Source: Trichoplax sp. H2
Taxonomy: Eukaryota
Direction: 5' to 3'
Length of the DNA stretch: 64,000 nt
NCBI GenBank assembly: GCA_003344405.1
Contig: NOWV01000172.1
Span: forward strand, 1 to 64,000
The translations under genes and the position numbers were made by a program. The first letter of the stretch is position 1. The number at the start of each line of letters is the position of its first letter. The notes beneath the pieces were generated by a model. That model saw nothing but the letters and a program-made list of their open reading frames with translations. It was not told where the DNA came from and ran no database searches. Positions 1 through 13,512 of the stretch are shown here, piece by piece.

Positions 1-522
1 GCTTTTCTAAGGTAAACAACCTGACAGCAGTAAGTCTTCAACTGAGATTTACAACAGGAATTAGCTACGAGCCTTATGTGTAGTTTGTTCTCTTCGACAA
101 TTGCCTTCAGCGCCAAATCCAATAATAATATGATATGTTACTACTTAAAGGATGTAAAACGAATAAATTGTGACTTGGGGGAATGCTACATCTTCGTTTC
201 TTATCTCTGTGAGTTTTCAGCTTTTACATAATTAAAAGTCAATTAAGACAGTTTGCTATCTATCCAAGGCTTGCCATAGATATTTAGTTATACGCTATTA
301 CAGTAATCTGCTTAGTCTTATAGCTGAATTAAGTATCTTGTTTGAACAAGACATCTTACTACTCGAAAGGAGTAAACGAATAAATAGCGAATTGGGGTAA
401 TACTGTATCTTAGTTTCTTGTCCTTGAGAGTTTTCGCTGCTGCATAGTCTTGGACAGCGTGCATTAGAGACTAAATCCTTTTAGGGTCTCTTGTACATTA
501 TGTCTCTATAAAGACCCTTACA
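1..522 (+). mobile_element. Possible 3' part of a degenerate LTR
   Basis: Internal imperfect duplication (~147-230 vs ~365-446), each copy containing GAATAAA. Ends in ...CCTTACA at 522, roughly complementary to the TGTAGG LTR starts at 572 and 1270. Lies next to a Gypsy pol relic. Confidence 0.35.
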
Positions 523-860
523 GATATACAAAACTTAATCCTAGCATATATTATTGATTCCTAAAAGGGGCTGTAGGAAAACTGAATTATGTTGAGGATC
601 CGGGTAAATAAGATAGTAAATTAGCCATGTTAGATACACCCCATTACCGAAGACGAAAAAGGAAGTACCCGCATTTCTGGGAATGGTCGGTTACTATAGG
701 AAGTTTATGCCGGACTATATACGTAACTAGCGGCACCATTGATAGAATTAACCTAGAAAGGAAAGCCAACGAAAATAGACTTAGGGACTTCAGAGATGGA
801 AAGTTTTCAACAGATGAAAAGGGCACTGATCCAAAAGCCGTGGCTGAGGCTAATGGCACC

Positions 861-1158
861 GAACCGACAATTTATACTACAGATACCAGCAGGAAATTAA
901 CGAAGTCCGAGAGAAACTACTCGCTATAGAGAAAGAATGCTTAGCGATAGTACATGCGGTAAGGCATTTTACATTTATTTAGATGGTAGAGAATTTTTTT
1001 TACAAACAGATCACCAGCCGCTGTTGTGGCTTATGAAAATGCGAAATTTCAATCAACGATTGAGGCGATGGGCAATGTACCTGATTCAATTTAGAATGAA
1101 AATACAGCACAAAGGCGGCCGCGACCGCACAAATGTGGATGCACTATCCCGTTTGCCT
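861..1158 (+). pseudogene. Ty3/Gypsy-type RNase H (pol) fragment, frameshifted
   Basis: Across frames: SRKLTKSERNYS / KECLAIVHAVRHF / YLDGREFFLQTDHQPLLWL..NQRLRRWAMYL..IQHKGG..NVDALSRLP. These are canonical Ty3/Gypsy RNase H motifs, interrupted by frameshifts. Confidence 0.9.
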
Positions 1159-1269
1159 ATGGGGCGAAGATTCATTAATTTTATTTTAAAGGGGGCCTGC
1201 CTGCAGACCGGAAATAAGAAATAGAATTGTAATATCATTTCATTAGATTAAAATTTTAGAGGGGGCGTA

Positions 1270-2015
1270 TGTAGGAAAACTAGATTACGTTAGGCCCCGG
1301 GTAAATAAGATAGTAGATTAGCGGTGTTAGATATACCTTGTACATACTTAATACTAATACCATACATAAGTTACTATGTTAATAATATAATCGAGAACAG
1401 AATCGGCCAACATTCTGGTAATATCTCAATCGATAGTGAACTGATTACTCGGTGTACTATCGGCCAGATTTTCAATTATTCCTTCTTGGCGTACGCTCAC
1501 CCTGTATTTGGAATTATATTCAGTAATTTACGATTTCATATTGTTACTAGTCAGCTGCTCAATCAATTTTGGAAAGATCAATGAATTTGCCAATTAGCTA
1601 ATTTCAGAAATGAAGTGAAATGCGAGAAAATCCCCTTCGCTAGTCTATACAATGTGGAGCTGCGGAAGCCTCGGATTGCAATGAAGTTTACCTCTAATTT
1701 TATCTGAATTGATTCACTGGTAGATATATATTTATCCTATCGCTTAAGTTATTTACTGATTTTATATATTTTATCCTATTAATGATCTTGGACTAAGTAA
1801 TTATAGAGTCTTGTCTGCGATATTTTGGTTGAGTTATCGTTCTGTTATTGGCTAACGAAGCCTAAACCTGTTCAGTTCGTGTGCATGTTCAGTAAATATA
1901 AATAGTAATATATTGCATACTTAGAGAAGATATGGAGTGGAAGTACTGAATATAAGTTGAAAACTGTGGTCTCTTTGCTGTGCGATATCCCCGTTACAAA
2001 TCTCGATTTGTAACA
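1270..2015 (+). repeat. Putative 3' LTR (TG...CA)
   Basis: Starts TGT just after the polypurine tract. Ends with the hairpin GTTACAAATC-TC-GATTTGTAAC-A, similar to the end of the 5135-5577 LTR. The 3' boundary is inferred. Confidence 0.55.
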
Positions 2016-4999
2016 CTACTATATCGGAAAAATTTCTCAATCGGCACATTATACGAGATTTAAATCAACGTGTTTAACTACTATAAGCAATTATATCTTA
2101 TACTCATACATGGTTATTTTTACTAACTTAAATTTGCATATCAAATCTTGCTTGTACAAACACGTCGATAACAATAATAAGAGCTTTAATTTTTCTAGTA
2201 TGTGATTGTACCCTATCCATTGGAATGAAGATTTCACGTCATAGGAAGAGTTGAAACTGCTAAGATAGACGAATTATCGAATTCAACTTTACTGCAATAA
2301 TTCCATATAAATCATATAAGGCACAATCATAATATCTACTGCAATAATTAAGAGATAAAGTCGCATTTGTGCATTATTTTTACTCCAAAATAGCACTTTA
2401 TATTGCTGCTATCCATAGCCTACATCAAAGAAGCTCTAATATAGCATTAGTACTAATAGTATAAATGCACTATTTTATTACACCAGCCGCAATCTACAAT
2501 TATTTTATTAGGAATAAACGATTACTCTTCGTCACACAGTTAATCATTGTATAAAATGACCATACTTTCAAAGCACAGAACTATTGTAACTAGCTAAAAT
2601 CACTAAAGTGCATTATAAATAGCTTACTGACGTTTTTATCATAGTAAAAAACGATAATAATGTACGATATTCCGAAAAAAACTTCATGCCTTAAATGTAA
2701 TTTTCCTTATTAGTGAGCCTTAGAAAGATTAAAGTAGGTAACTTTTTCCCGGAATTGCAATGGTGATTATGAAAAGTGCCTCAGTTTTACCGTTCGCACA
2801 TATTTAACTCAATTCCTAGTCGCATTTAATTTGTAACCTGCTCAAAATTAAAATGCAATTCTTACTACCATATAATTAGGTAAAGCAAAGTTAAAAGTTA
2901 TTGATATTTTTATGTACGGCCTTCTTTATTAGAAAGCATCAAAATTAGCATTATTTCCTTGCAACATAGAACACAAAGAGTTGTTTCTCGAACAGTGATA
3001 GTTATAACAGCAGTTTATCTTGCAAATATTTTATTGTACAGTTAAATTGAATGAAAACGATTCTTTCAAGTTTTTGCCATACTTTGTAATAGTAAAAGAC
3101 AATATATTACTTGGTCATTACATTTGATCCGGATTGATTACCGGTAGATAATATTCCTTTTAATTTTATTACTACAACCTGCAATTATAATGCATTTCAA
3201 AGAGGTTCATTTTTACTTAGATTGAAAACTTTTGGCAATTAAACTGTTCTGTCTTTAGTTAATGTTATTTGCTATTCATCAATAGCAGTAGCCTGGCAAT
3301 ATGCTAATATTCTGGAATAATATATTATGAAAGACATAAATTGTTTACGAATGAATACATTTAATCTTATGCTACAATATAAATATTCCTTGAACAAATT
3401 GATAGAAGTTCTTTATGATTTCATAATTGCCAAGACGATACCAGTATTTTTTCAATAGCTGGATTACTAACATTATTAAAGATCAGAAATCTTCAAATTA
3501 CTTTTATATTCATAAAATACGGTATATGTTATAATTAGCATATAAAATGTTTTAATCTAAGCTGATAACGCTTAACTATAATTGAGAAAACTATAAGGAT
3601 AATGATTTTAACTATAATATTAAAGACAGTTCTTGATACTTCTTAGTTCTAATGTACTTCTAAGTGTAGTCTACTATTAAGAAATCGTGGTCAATTAAAT
3701 ATATGGAAAAATTTCATCGTATTACCCGAGCTGACTTCTAATTTAACGTTTACTTTTCATTTAATCCCATCTTGATTGAACCGTAATTGTATTTATTAAA
3801 AGAGATCATAATTACATTGGAACCATTATGTCCCTCAATACTTATCATATTTTTGGGCATTAATTATTCATAATTTAAAGTCTGGACTACGGCATGAAAA
3901 TATTTCTTTTACATGTATTTATCAGCTACAGAGTATTTACTGGGGTAATAACAGACGGACTCCTTATTTTCTGAGCCAAAGCATGTTACAATTATTATAT
4001 CCTTTAATACCACGTAACAGAAAAATACTTTTACCGACCCAATTCGCTATAACCACACGGTAAACCTACTTAAAATATTAACAGTAATTAAAGAAAATAT
4101 ATGTAAAATAGTATTATTAATTATTAATTCTTAGAAAATTTTGTTTTTCTCATAGCAACCTTATCTATTCGAATATAATTGAAATTATAACAGTTATCAA
4201 AAGTACAGAAAAAAGAATTAAGTTACTAAATTAGATATATGATATATAATATATAGACTCCAAGTTTAATTCTAAATTTTACCTGTGGTGATCAAAAAGA
4301 TACGATTTCGCTATCCTAATGCTATACTACAATCAGGTAATGGTAATTATTAGTTTTATATCTTCATAATATATATAAAAACCAAACATTCGAATTCCGG
4401 TAATATTTAAAGTTAGAATAGTTATTGAGGATAAGCGTAGCTAATCCAAGAATAGTAAAGCAGAATTTATGCTTTAAAGCTACTGCTCCACAGAAAAGGA
4501 GTATTAATCAGTTCTGTATAAAAATTTAATAGGAAAGCTAGTTCCTATAGCAAAAAGATTTATTGTAGCAGCTTAATGCAGGTGCATCGATCAAAAATTA
4601 TACCTGTTCAAATTGCTTCATCTGAGCAGCGAAAAATTCTCACCCTATCTTCATCTACGAGATGAAAAATTCTTAGAATTATCAGGAAAAATACTATGGA
4701 AATCAAGTTGGGTATTTACTTATTCATTAAACAAAGTTGACGCCAAAATACGCCCAGAAGTTTAAATAGATACCTTATAGAAAGATATAAATCACATTAT
4801 ATATTCATTAATGCGCTAGTAATTTACATCCAACAATGCTAAGCATTTGTTGACAACTTTAAAATCAGGTCTATAAATGGATGTCATCACCTAGATTCAA
4901 AATCGAATGTTACTAGCAACACATAACATACTGATTTACCAATGAAATAAGACAATAAATTTAGAAGAATCTTAACAATTTAATAAAGCAATAAAGCCT

Positions 5000-7900
5000 A
5001 TTTCTAATATATCCAAAATTAATTTCTCAGAAGGATATCTTTGAAATGTGAAATGGTCTTAATGTATGCAGAAAACTAAGATAAATGTGACAGTTCATAT
5101 CCAAAAAGGAATCAGAGGTAATTTAATATCTTAATGTCACGGTACGAACTACCGTGAAGGAATAGATATCTAAATTTTGTTAATATAATATAGTGATATT
5201 ATATTACAACTAGTTACTTACAATAGGAATTACTCTAATTATAAATATGTTTCAGTAAATTTAATGCTGTGCTGTAATGTGCACTGAAATGATTCTGTAA
5301 ATGGACATATTGTAGTCCGACTGTGAAAAATTAGTTAGGTAGATGTTCTCACCCAAGTATTTTTATAAGATAACTCGTGAATGTTAGCTGTTGTAGAAGG
5401 GTATATAAGCCCGTCAGATAATTGAATAAAGTAGTTCTCAATTGTCTAGTTGAGTTTAACGTAGAATCAAAGGCGTCTAAATTCTTGTGAGATAGTTAAG
5501 GGATACTGAATCCCGGAGACTATAGTAATTTAGAGATTTGTTTTACGTTATCCTTGTCACGAAGCTGGTTTGTGACACCTAAGTTCTGAATCTATTTATT
5601 AGATAACATTGAAGATAGGATCAACTGAAATTTATGTATGGCAAAAGAAATCCCATCCGCTTTACTAGAAATAATATTGGAAGTAGATAATATGTAAACA
5701 TGCTATTAATGATTCGGACAGCTTACAGTAACTTATTGTCTAAGTAATGCGTTAAACCTTCTACATATTATGAAAGTAGGTGAGGCATACGTAAGCAAAG
5801 AAAGGTTATGATTAATCGAAGATCAGTCGACCATCACGGGTCTTAACATAATTACTGCAGCATCCTGTATTCAATTATTTCCTTGCTATATTCTTAAATC
5901 GTTTCAAATCATTGCAATTCCTAATTCAGTGCTGCCGTTACTTTATATCGAATATAATCGTATCAATTAGTGTATGAATGCCATTGTTAAAAATCTTCTT
6001 TGTAACAAGAAACCGGATCATAAACACTATCTTCACTAGTACTCGTATTCCCAACTAACTTAGGGACCTATCGTAGTTCAACTAACTCTCAGCTACACAA
6101 ATAAGCTACTAATGAGTAATAGGTTTAAATACTTCACTTTATTTTCGTTAAACTTAGTCGTAAAATGTACTAAAGAAAAAGGTAAGAATATTCTTAGCAA
6201 TATTAGTCAAAAGATCCTGCAAGTGACTAACTGGAACTGAGCAGCTAAGCTAGTGGTCGGCTTTTTATAGTCTCAGCCAACGCCGATGGTGCACTTGTGA
6301 ATATTCTTGACATAGCGACTTACACTGTACAGTATACATATCCTGGTATAGCAACTAGAGCCTCAAGGCTCTGCAAAGTAATTGCACCTTACACTTAAGG
6401 TGTTATTAATTAACGTTTACTGACTAAGCGTGTTAGCTCCGACACGTCAACAATATTGAACTTTCTGATACCTTGGCAATAACAAGTACTTATTAATAAA
6501 CATTAGTATCTAATAAGCTACTGGAGCAAACAATAATTTAAATAAGATATTTTAATTAACATAGCAATTAATATTTCGGAGCATGGCTCCGTAACAGATT
6601 TCTACCCTTTACTACTGTTATTTGGAATACCAGGCAATTGGTATTTCCAAGGCAAATAGGGTTTAACATAGCGAGACCTTCAAGACTTCTAGAAAAACAC
6701 AATCTAGTTTATTGTCGGCGAACTCGCCGTTTATATAGGTTTCGGACATAAAACCGGTTTAGCTACACAAGTTACCCCACCCCGTCTATCAGAAATTAAC
6801 CAAATTAATACCCTAAAGAGATTCTATCTGTACAGATTGGATACTGTCTAATCCTATTAAATTTACCATAGCAGTATTAAAATAATCAATACTTATCAAT
6901 AGTTTAAGAGATACATATATAGCTATCCTACTAAGATATTTCTTCTAAACTTAGGAATTGTACTTTGAACCTTAACAACTTTGGAGGTGATAGATATAAT
7001 CCAGTTTAGCTGATCGGCAATTACTGTTTTAGTCTATCTAATCCTNNNNNNNNNNNNNNNNNNNNATTTCTAATATATCCAAAATTAATTTCTCAGAAGA
7101 ATATCTTTGAAATGTGAAATGGTCTTAATGTATGCAGATTACTAAGATAAATGTGACAGTTCATATCCAAAAAGGAATCAGAGGTAATTTAATATCTTAA
7201 GTTCTTTTTGTTAGATAACATTGAAGATAGGATCAACTGAAATTTATGCATGGCAAAAGAAATCCCATCCGCTTTACTAGAAATAATATTGGAAGTAGAT
7301 AATATGTAAACATGCTATTAATGAATCGGACAGCTTACAGTAACTTATTGTCTAAGTAATGCGTTAAACCTTCTACATATTATGAAAGTAGGTGAGGCAT
7401 ACGTAAGCAAAGAAAGGTTATGATTAATCGAAGATCAGTCGACCATCACGGGTCTTAACATAATTACTGCAGCATCCTGTATTCAATTATTTCCTTGCTA
7501 TATTCTTAAATCGTTTCAAATCATTGCAATTCCTAATTCAGTGCCGCCGTTACTTTATATCAAATATAATCGTATCAATTAGTGTATGAATGCCATTCTT
7601 AAAAATCTTCTTTGTAACAAGAAACCGGGTCTTAAACACTATCTTCACTAGTACTCGTGTTCCCAACTAACTTAGGGACCTATCGTAGTTGAACTAACTC
7701 TCAGCTACACAAATAAGCTACTAATGAGTCATAGGTTTAAATACTTCACTTTATTTTCGTTAAACTTAGTCGTAAAATGTACTAAAGAAAAAAGTAAGAA
7801 TATTCTTAGCAATAATAGTAAAAAGATCTTGCAAGTGACTAACTGGAACTGAGCAGCTAAGCCAGTGCTCGGCTTTTTATAGTCTCGGCCAACGCCGATG

Positions 7901-8134
7901 GTGCACTTGTGAATATTCTTGACATAGCGACTTACACTGTAAAGTATACATATCCTAGTATAGTATTAAAATAATCAATACTTATCAATAGTTTAAGAGA
8001 TACATATAAAGCTATCCTACTAAGATATTTCTTCTAAACTTAGGAATTGTACTTTGAACCTTAACAACTTTGGAGGTGATAGATATAATCCAGTTTAGCT
8101 GATCGGCAATTACTGTTTTAGTCTATCTAATCCT
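5000..8134. repeat. Near-identical duplication around an N-gap (5000-7045 vs 7066-8134); probable uncollapsed haplotypes
   Basis: Copy 2 begins right after the gap (7046-7065) and copy 1 ends right before it. They differ by scattered SNPs and two large indels. Confidence 0.85.
5135..5577 (+). mobile_element. Solo LTR, present/absent between the two duplicate copies
   Basis: TGTCAC...GTGACA termini, flanked by CTTAA (5130-5134) and CCTAA (5578-5582), a 5-bp TSD with one mismatch. The empty site ATATCTTAAGTTCT is in copy 2 (~7192-7205). Internal TATATAA and AATAAA. Confidence 0.88.
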
Positions 8135-8264
8135 AAATTAAGGATATCAACTGTTAATCACTAAAATTACAATTAAGGAGACCGTAAAATATTTCTGAGA
8201 TATAAACGTATATAGAACGTAACATAGAAATAAAGTATATGTCACGAAGATTACTTTCGTGACA
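7613..8264 (-). mobile_element. Possible minus-strand solo LTR (other-haplotype copy starts at 6001)
   Basis: Bounded by TGTAACAAGA.. (7613) and the hairpin TGTCACGAAG-ATTAC-TTTCGTGACA (8240-8264), which resembles the 5135-5577 termini. TTTATT (AATAAA on -) inside. No TSD seen. Confidence 0.4.
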
Positions 8265-11200
8265 ATTATACAGCCATTTTACGCGTACTTATAATTATGG
8301 GGTTCTTTATTGAATAGATAAAAACGCTTCGGAATATTGACGTGTGGTAGTTATGCTTCTGATATTGAAAGCGATGTACATGTTAGCCTAACCGGACTGG
8401 TTTGTTGAATTGGTATTCGATATCATATATACTTATCATTAAGTGAGACAAGAGTTTAGCTTAACTTTTACAAACCCAAAGATATATGGAGTTAACAGTT
8501 TACAATATTAAAACTGCTTGACGAAGATATTAATGAAGTTAATTTGGCTTTCATTAAAGCGTACTGAATTTTCCGTAATTAATACAATCTTAAATATATA
8601 ACGCAGATGATTAACCAGTAACTCTTTTACAGTAAGTTACTGATAAAAAAGCGCTATTAAAACCATTATTAATTGCTGGTATTTGATCATTTTTGATTGT
8701 ATAAAACATTTTTGCTCAAGTATTAATTTTAATAAATGTTTAATATACAATTATAGCAGTATTCATCTTCCGTCAGAGCATTTGATGCCGAAAAATTAGG
8801 AAAAATACCGGTACTAGGTCATATTCTAGCTTTATTATAGCGACAAAACAGTCAATGCATAACCTTCGTAATATTTCACTATCATCAAAGATTAATAATC
8901 ATCGCACATTCTCATGGTAGTCTGTAAATGATAAATGACGTCAAAAGTAAACTGATAGCCTCGTATTGTAATTCTTAAACAAATAAGATCACAAAATTGT
9001 TATAATTTACACTTTTATATATCAGCCAGTAAAATATATACCATGATAACGGACACTTGGACAGTCTACATTTACTTTTTCAGTCGTTTCTCGCAATACT
9101 CTAGAAACAATTGAAATAATAATATTTTTGGTATTTCGATAAATAAAACCTTAATTTTAATTATCACAAAAATTTTTTAAATTATGAATAAATTAAAATT
9201 AATTAATTTTGAGGGCTATCTATTACGCATATAAAATTCTTATTAGTAGGCTTTCATCACCAACGTTCTAATTACCCTTACGAGTCTTTCGTTGGTCATC
9301 GTATTTGAGAATCTAAACGTTACATGGAAAGCACAAGATTCAACACAATTCAAGCATTGTATACTTAGCAGTAGTGCAAATGTATGGGTAAATTTTTATT
9401 TACTTTTAGTGCTTACCATTGCAGCTGAGGTTACGTGAGCTAGCTTAATAGTACAAATAATAACTGAAAACATCAATTGATATGTATTGTACAGAGCTAA
9501 CACAAAACTATCAATTCACATAGTTGAGGTACATATTTAGTATGTGCATCACAAACATAAGAACCGGTTGTATCTATTCATTTTCATGAAATTTTAATTG
9601 ATTTACCATTTCAAATATGCCGCAAAGAGTTTCTATGAGTTTCTATGTACATATGCGACAAAATAATATATTTATAGCATATACCGTACTTTGAAAAAGA
9701 GAATTGAATAACTAATATATAAAATGTGGTAAGCGATATTGGCTAGGTTAAAATTAGCGATTCGATTTTCGTCCTCAAATGCGAGCTTATATAAATGCTC
9801 TCCTGGAGATTGTTGGTAGAAAATGGCATTTAGTTTGAACAGGATTACTTTACAGTGCACTGGCATCATAAACACTTCGCATGAGAATAGTAAGATGAAC
9901 TGGTAGTTATGGCTACGATTGGCATAAATTGGCAGACTCAGTAACTTTGGAATCTACGTAAATAAGTAACAGAATATACTTTAGCAATGATTTTTAAATG
10001 AAATTAAAATCCTATTTTTTCTAAAACAATGAAAAAGTATAATAAAGAAGTAAATAGGATATAATAAAATCTATTTTTTAATATATTAAAGGGCGATTCT
10101 CTGTCGTCTGAATTAATCTCTAAGACGACAGCAAATTATTTAAAATATTAGAAAATTGATGAACTGGTTATTATAATGCATCAAAGTATTCATTCTATGG
10201 ATGATTGGTTTCTTACATGTTTATCTTAATCAAGTTTAGTAATTTATATTCTATCATATAAAATAGTTACGTTGCCAAGCTTAATCAATCTCTTTTGTAC
10301 TATATATGTATTGCGGAATAAATTCACTACGTCTATTATTAGACTATCTAAAGAATCGGATATATAAAGAACATTAATTCACTTCTATTCATTCTCTGGT
10401 AATTTTACTTCATCTTTTCAACTAACAATTTTTATTTGTATCGCTTGTATTCTACTTTAGGCTTAAGCCATTATCATCCATGACAATGCAATGCAGGCGT
10501 CGAGTATAATAGTACTAAAGCAATATGAAGATTCCATTAATATTAAAATAGGCAAGTGTACCTTATGCACGTATTTGAAATCATTATCTGTTTGTCTATT
10601 ATCAAGTCACATAGAAATTCGTTACTATTCGATATAATTCAGCAATACCCTCTATAGTTTATGATAGCACTTCTATTTATCACTCCTCAGATATTCAACA
10701 GTGATAAAACTTGAAAACTAAAGTAACTGATTACATATATTTGCTACTGGAGAAACAAAGAAGTTTTTAAAAGGTAAGCTAATATTAGATTACGTAGATA
10801 GAGATGGGTTAGGTCATCCAATCAACTGATATCACTACAATTATCAAGTACAGCTTTTAATGTAAAGAACTATACAATGGTCCTGATGTTTCTTATAAAG
10901 TTTGTAAAATTTGCTGAATCAAGCAAAAGTAAATATGACTGTTTGTAGAGAATAAGTTAGATCTAAATACGCTTTGCTTAGCATAAATTAATTTAAGATA
11001 TTCATAAATTTTTCACGTTGATAAATATGATGCAGCTCCTTACTGTATTATATTACAACAGTAAACATAAGGAACATTTTTATCAGGTTATCGTCCGGTG
11101 AAAAGAATGTAACAAGTAATGATTTTAATGCTACTGTCATTAATAGATAAGGCACATAATATTTATTTTCTAATTTTTTGCCACAGTATTGGTTAGAATC

Positions 11201-13444
11201 ATTTAGGAAATAAATTCTACAAATATTTATACAATCAAGGTTTTGTTATGTAAAATTAGAGCATCGCCACTTATATATTAATTCTCGGCAGCAAAATTTT
11301 GATATCGAAGTTTATCTAGTTTAAATTAATAATGTGTTCTATAAGAGAATAATCATTGATGCAGTGGATTGAATGATCAGAAAACTAATTCCTTTATCGG
11401 GATATAAATTAAAGTATAATGGTAGCGCCGTTATTAAATTAGCAGGAATCTACGGTAAGTTTTGGTAATAAAGTAATACTTACACAAATTTTAATAAGGC
11501 AATTTAGCTTGATCAACGACTTACCTTCCTTACTAAAGCATAATCTTTCGTCCTTTTAGTAACGTCCAGTAAAAACTTTAATATTAGGATTGTTATATTG
11601 AAAGATGGTCAACTCTGGTGTACGTTAAATAAATACATAGCATCCAAACACTCTGACGAAATATTTTGCTACACTATAAAGCAAATACATCTACTTTATA
11701 TTATCCAGATGAAATAATCTTGCAGAAACCGCAAAAAAACTGGCAATAGTTTGACTTGATGAATAAATTTCACATTCTAGTCTCTAAAGTCAATATCAAA
11801 AGCAAAATTGCCTCGTAACTATTAATGCCAACTTTAGCTTCAACTTGCTGTAGGAATAGATAGAACTACTACAATTTATAAAATTTACTAGTAAATATCA
11901 CCATTAAAATAGATTAATGTAACGATAGCTCAAGAGCCTGATAGCCAAAGTTAGGGCTTCCTTGTAGAATTAAATATTGTAACAATTGTAGTTTTCATTT
12001 CCAAGTTGAAATTAAAATCCACTTCGAGAAATAGATTATTTTCACTATCCAAATAAAGCAAATGTTATTAACCGATTTGGATATGATATAACATGAGTCA
12101 AGACTACAAAGACATCATAATATACTAGTTCAATAACCTGTCACATTGCTGACGGATTGTGACTCTTACCGTTTTTCATATCACTCTTGTAAATATGTGA
12201 GAGTATTGTAATTGTTGACATCACACAATTTATCCGCTTATGATTTTATCGCTTGGAATATAGTGCCGGAATTATCCTAATCCTTTTTCCGTATTTTATT
12301 TTACTGCTAGACATTATATCACCATTTATAATTCTATCTATTAAGTCGATTACTCGAACAAACATGCTGTATTTCGGTACTCTAATGAGATTTATCCTAT
12401 TCTACATATTTCAATTTCAATTTTAGAATATTGACGTACTTACCTTCTATAAAAGACAATATTTTCGTCAATATATTGCTATCCTTATATCTAGTAATAC
12501 AGTTAAGATCTAAATCTAGCGAACTCTTCCAGTTAGTTATTTACGTTTTTTTCATAAAGTTCTGAAGTGATAAGAAATCAGTTTGTCATTGGGTTAGCAA
12601 CAATGTTTTTATTTCCCCGAGCGATGAAAACAGATATTATTTATGACTGTTAGGTAACAAAGCATGTTTTGATCATCAACTGTGGTAGTTAATTCAAAAT
12701 ATTGTTATTATGATACTAAACGTATACAGATATAAACACTTAAAGAAATTTTTTAGTTAAAAGAATATAGGTTCATAGGGTGTAATAAGTTTGAACTACT
12801 CTTATTACTCCTACTTATTGCTACTTCTGGCACCTCCATGGGCAGCGATGCAAATAAAATTATTTATTTTTTTAATTTGGAGAAGTAATTGTCTATTTTG
12901 CCTTGTGATGCCACATCCGACGCAGATTATAAAACTTTACTCCTTACTTATAATTAGATTTTCCTAACACAATGAAACTGTTTATATTCCAGCGATCTTA
13001 AGATATCTATCTTATTTTTTTAAAGAATTTAATATTCTTATCTGGCAAAAACTCAGATATGTCGGCACAGCTGCTTACAACAATTAATAACTTTAGATCT
13101 TTACATTTTCTACATTAGTTGGTATGATAGCATAACTTCTACAATAAGTATGAAACAAGATGGTCTTAAGCTCAAAATATGACTGCGTAGCTATTTGATA
13201 TTATTTCGAATTTTTTCATTTCTTTACAAGAAATAAATAATTCGTATGTGATCTACATGCAGTATAGAGCCAAAATAATTACATATGATATGAAGTTGAA
13301 ACTAATGCAGTTCAATTAATTTCACTTGTCAATTTTGACTTATCGCCTACCGGTAGCGCTTACTGTATTAATAGTATGATTCTTGATGCCTAAATCTAGG
13401 ATTTTAAAATGTTATATTAAGACCGTCAATATGAAGAATTTCGG

Positions 13445-13512
13445 CAATTTGCATAATGCCTAGTCAATTTGCAAAATTCCTACTCGGTTTGCATAATGTC
13501 TAGTTAATTTAC
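13445..13512. repeat. Minisatellite, ~3.4 x 20 bp (CAATTTGCATAATGCCTAGT)
   Basis: Units at 13445, 13465, 13485 and a partial unit at 13505. Confidence 0.75.

Larger units (their letters stand above)
572..2015 (+). mobile_element. Degenerate Ty3/Gypsy LTR retrotransposon remnant (truncated LTR start, RNase H fragment, PPT, 3' LTR)
   Basis: ~70-bp direct repeat TGTAGGAAAACT...CCGGGTAAATAAGATAGTA..TTAGC..TGTTAGATA at 572 and 1270, each preceded by a purine tract (AAAAGGGG; AGAGGGGG). An RNase H relic lies between them. Confidence 0.8.

Noticed and set aside
5000-8134. True tandem segmental duplications at the three N-gaps
   Set aside because: Each copy boundary coincides exactly with a 20-N gap, typical of uncollapsed alleles; not excluded without reads.
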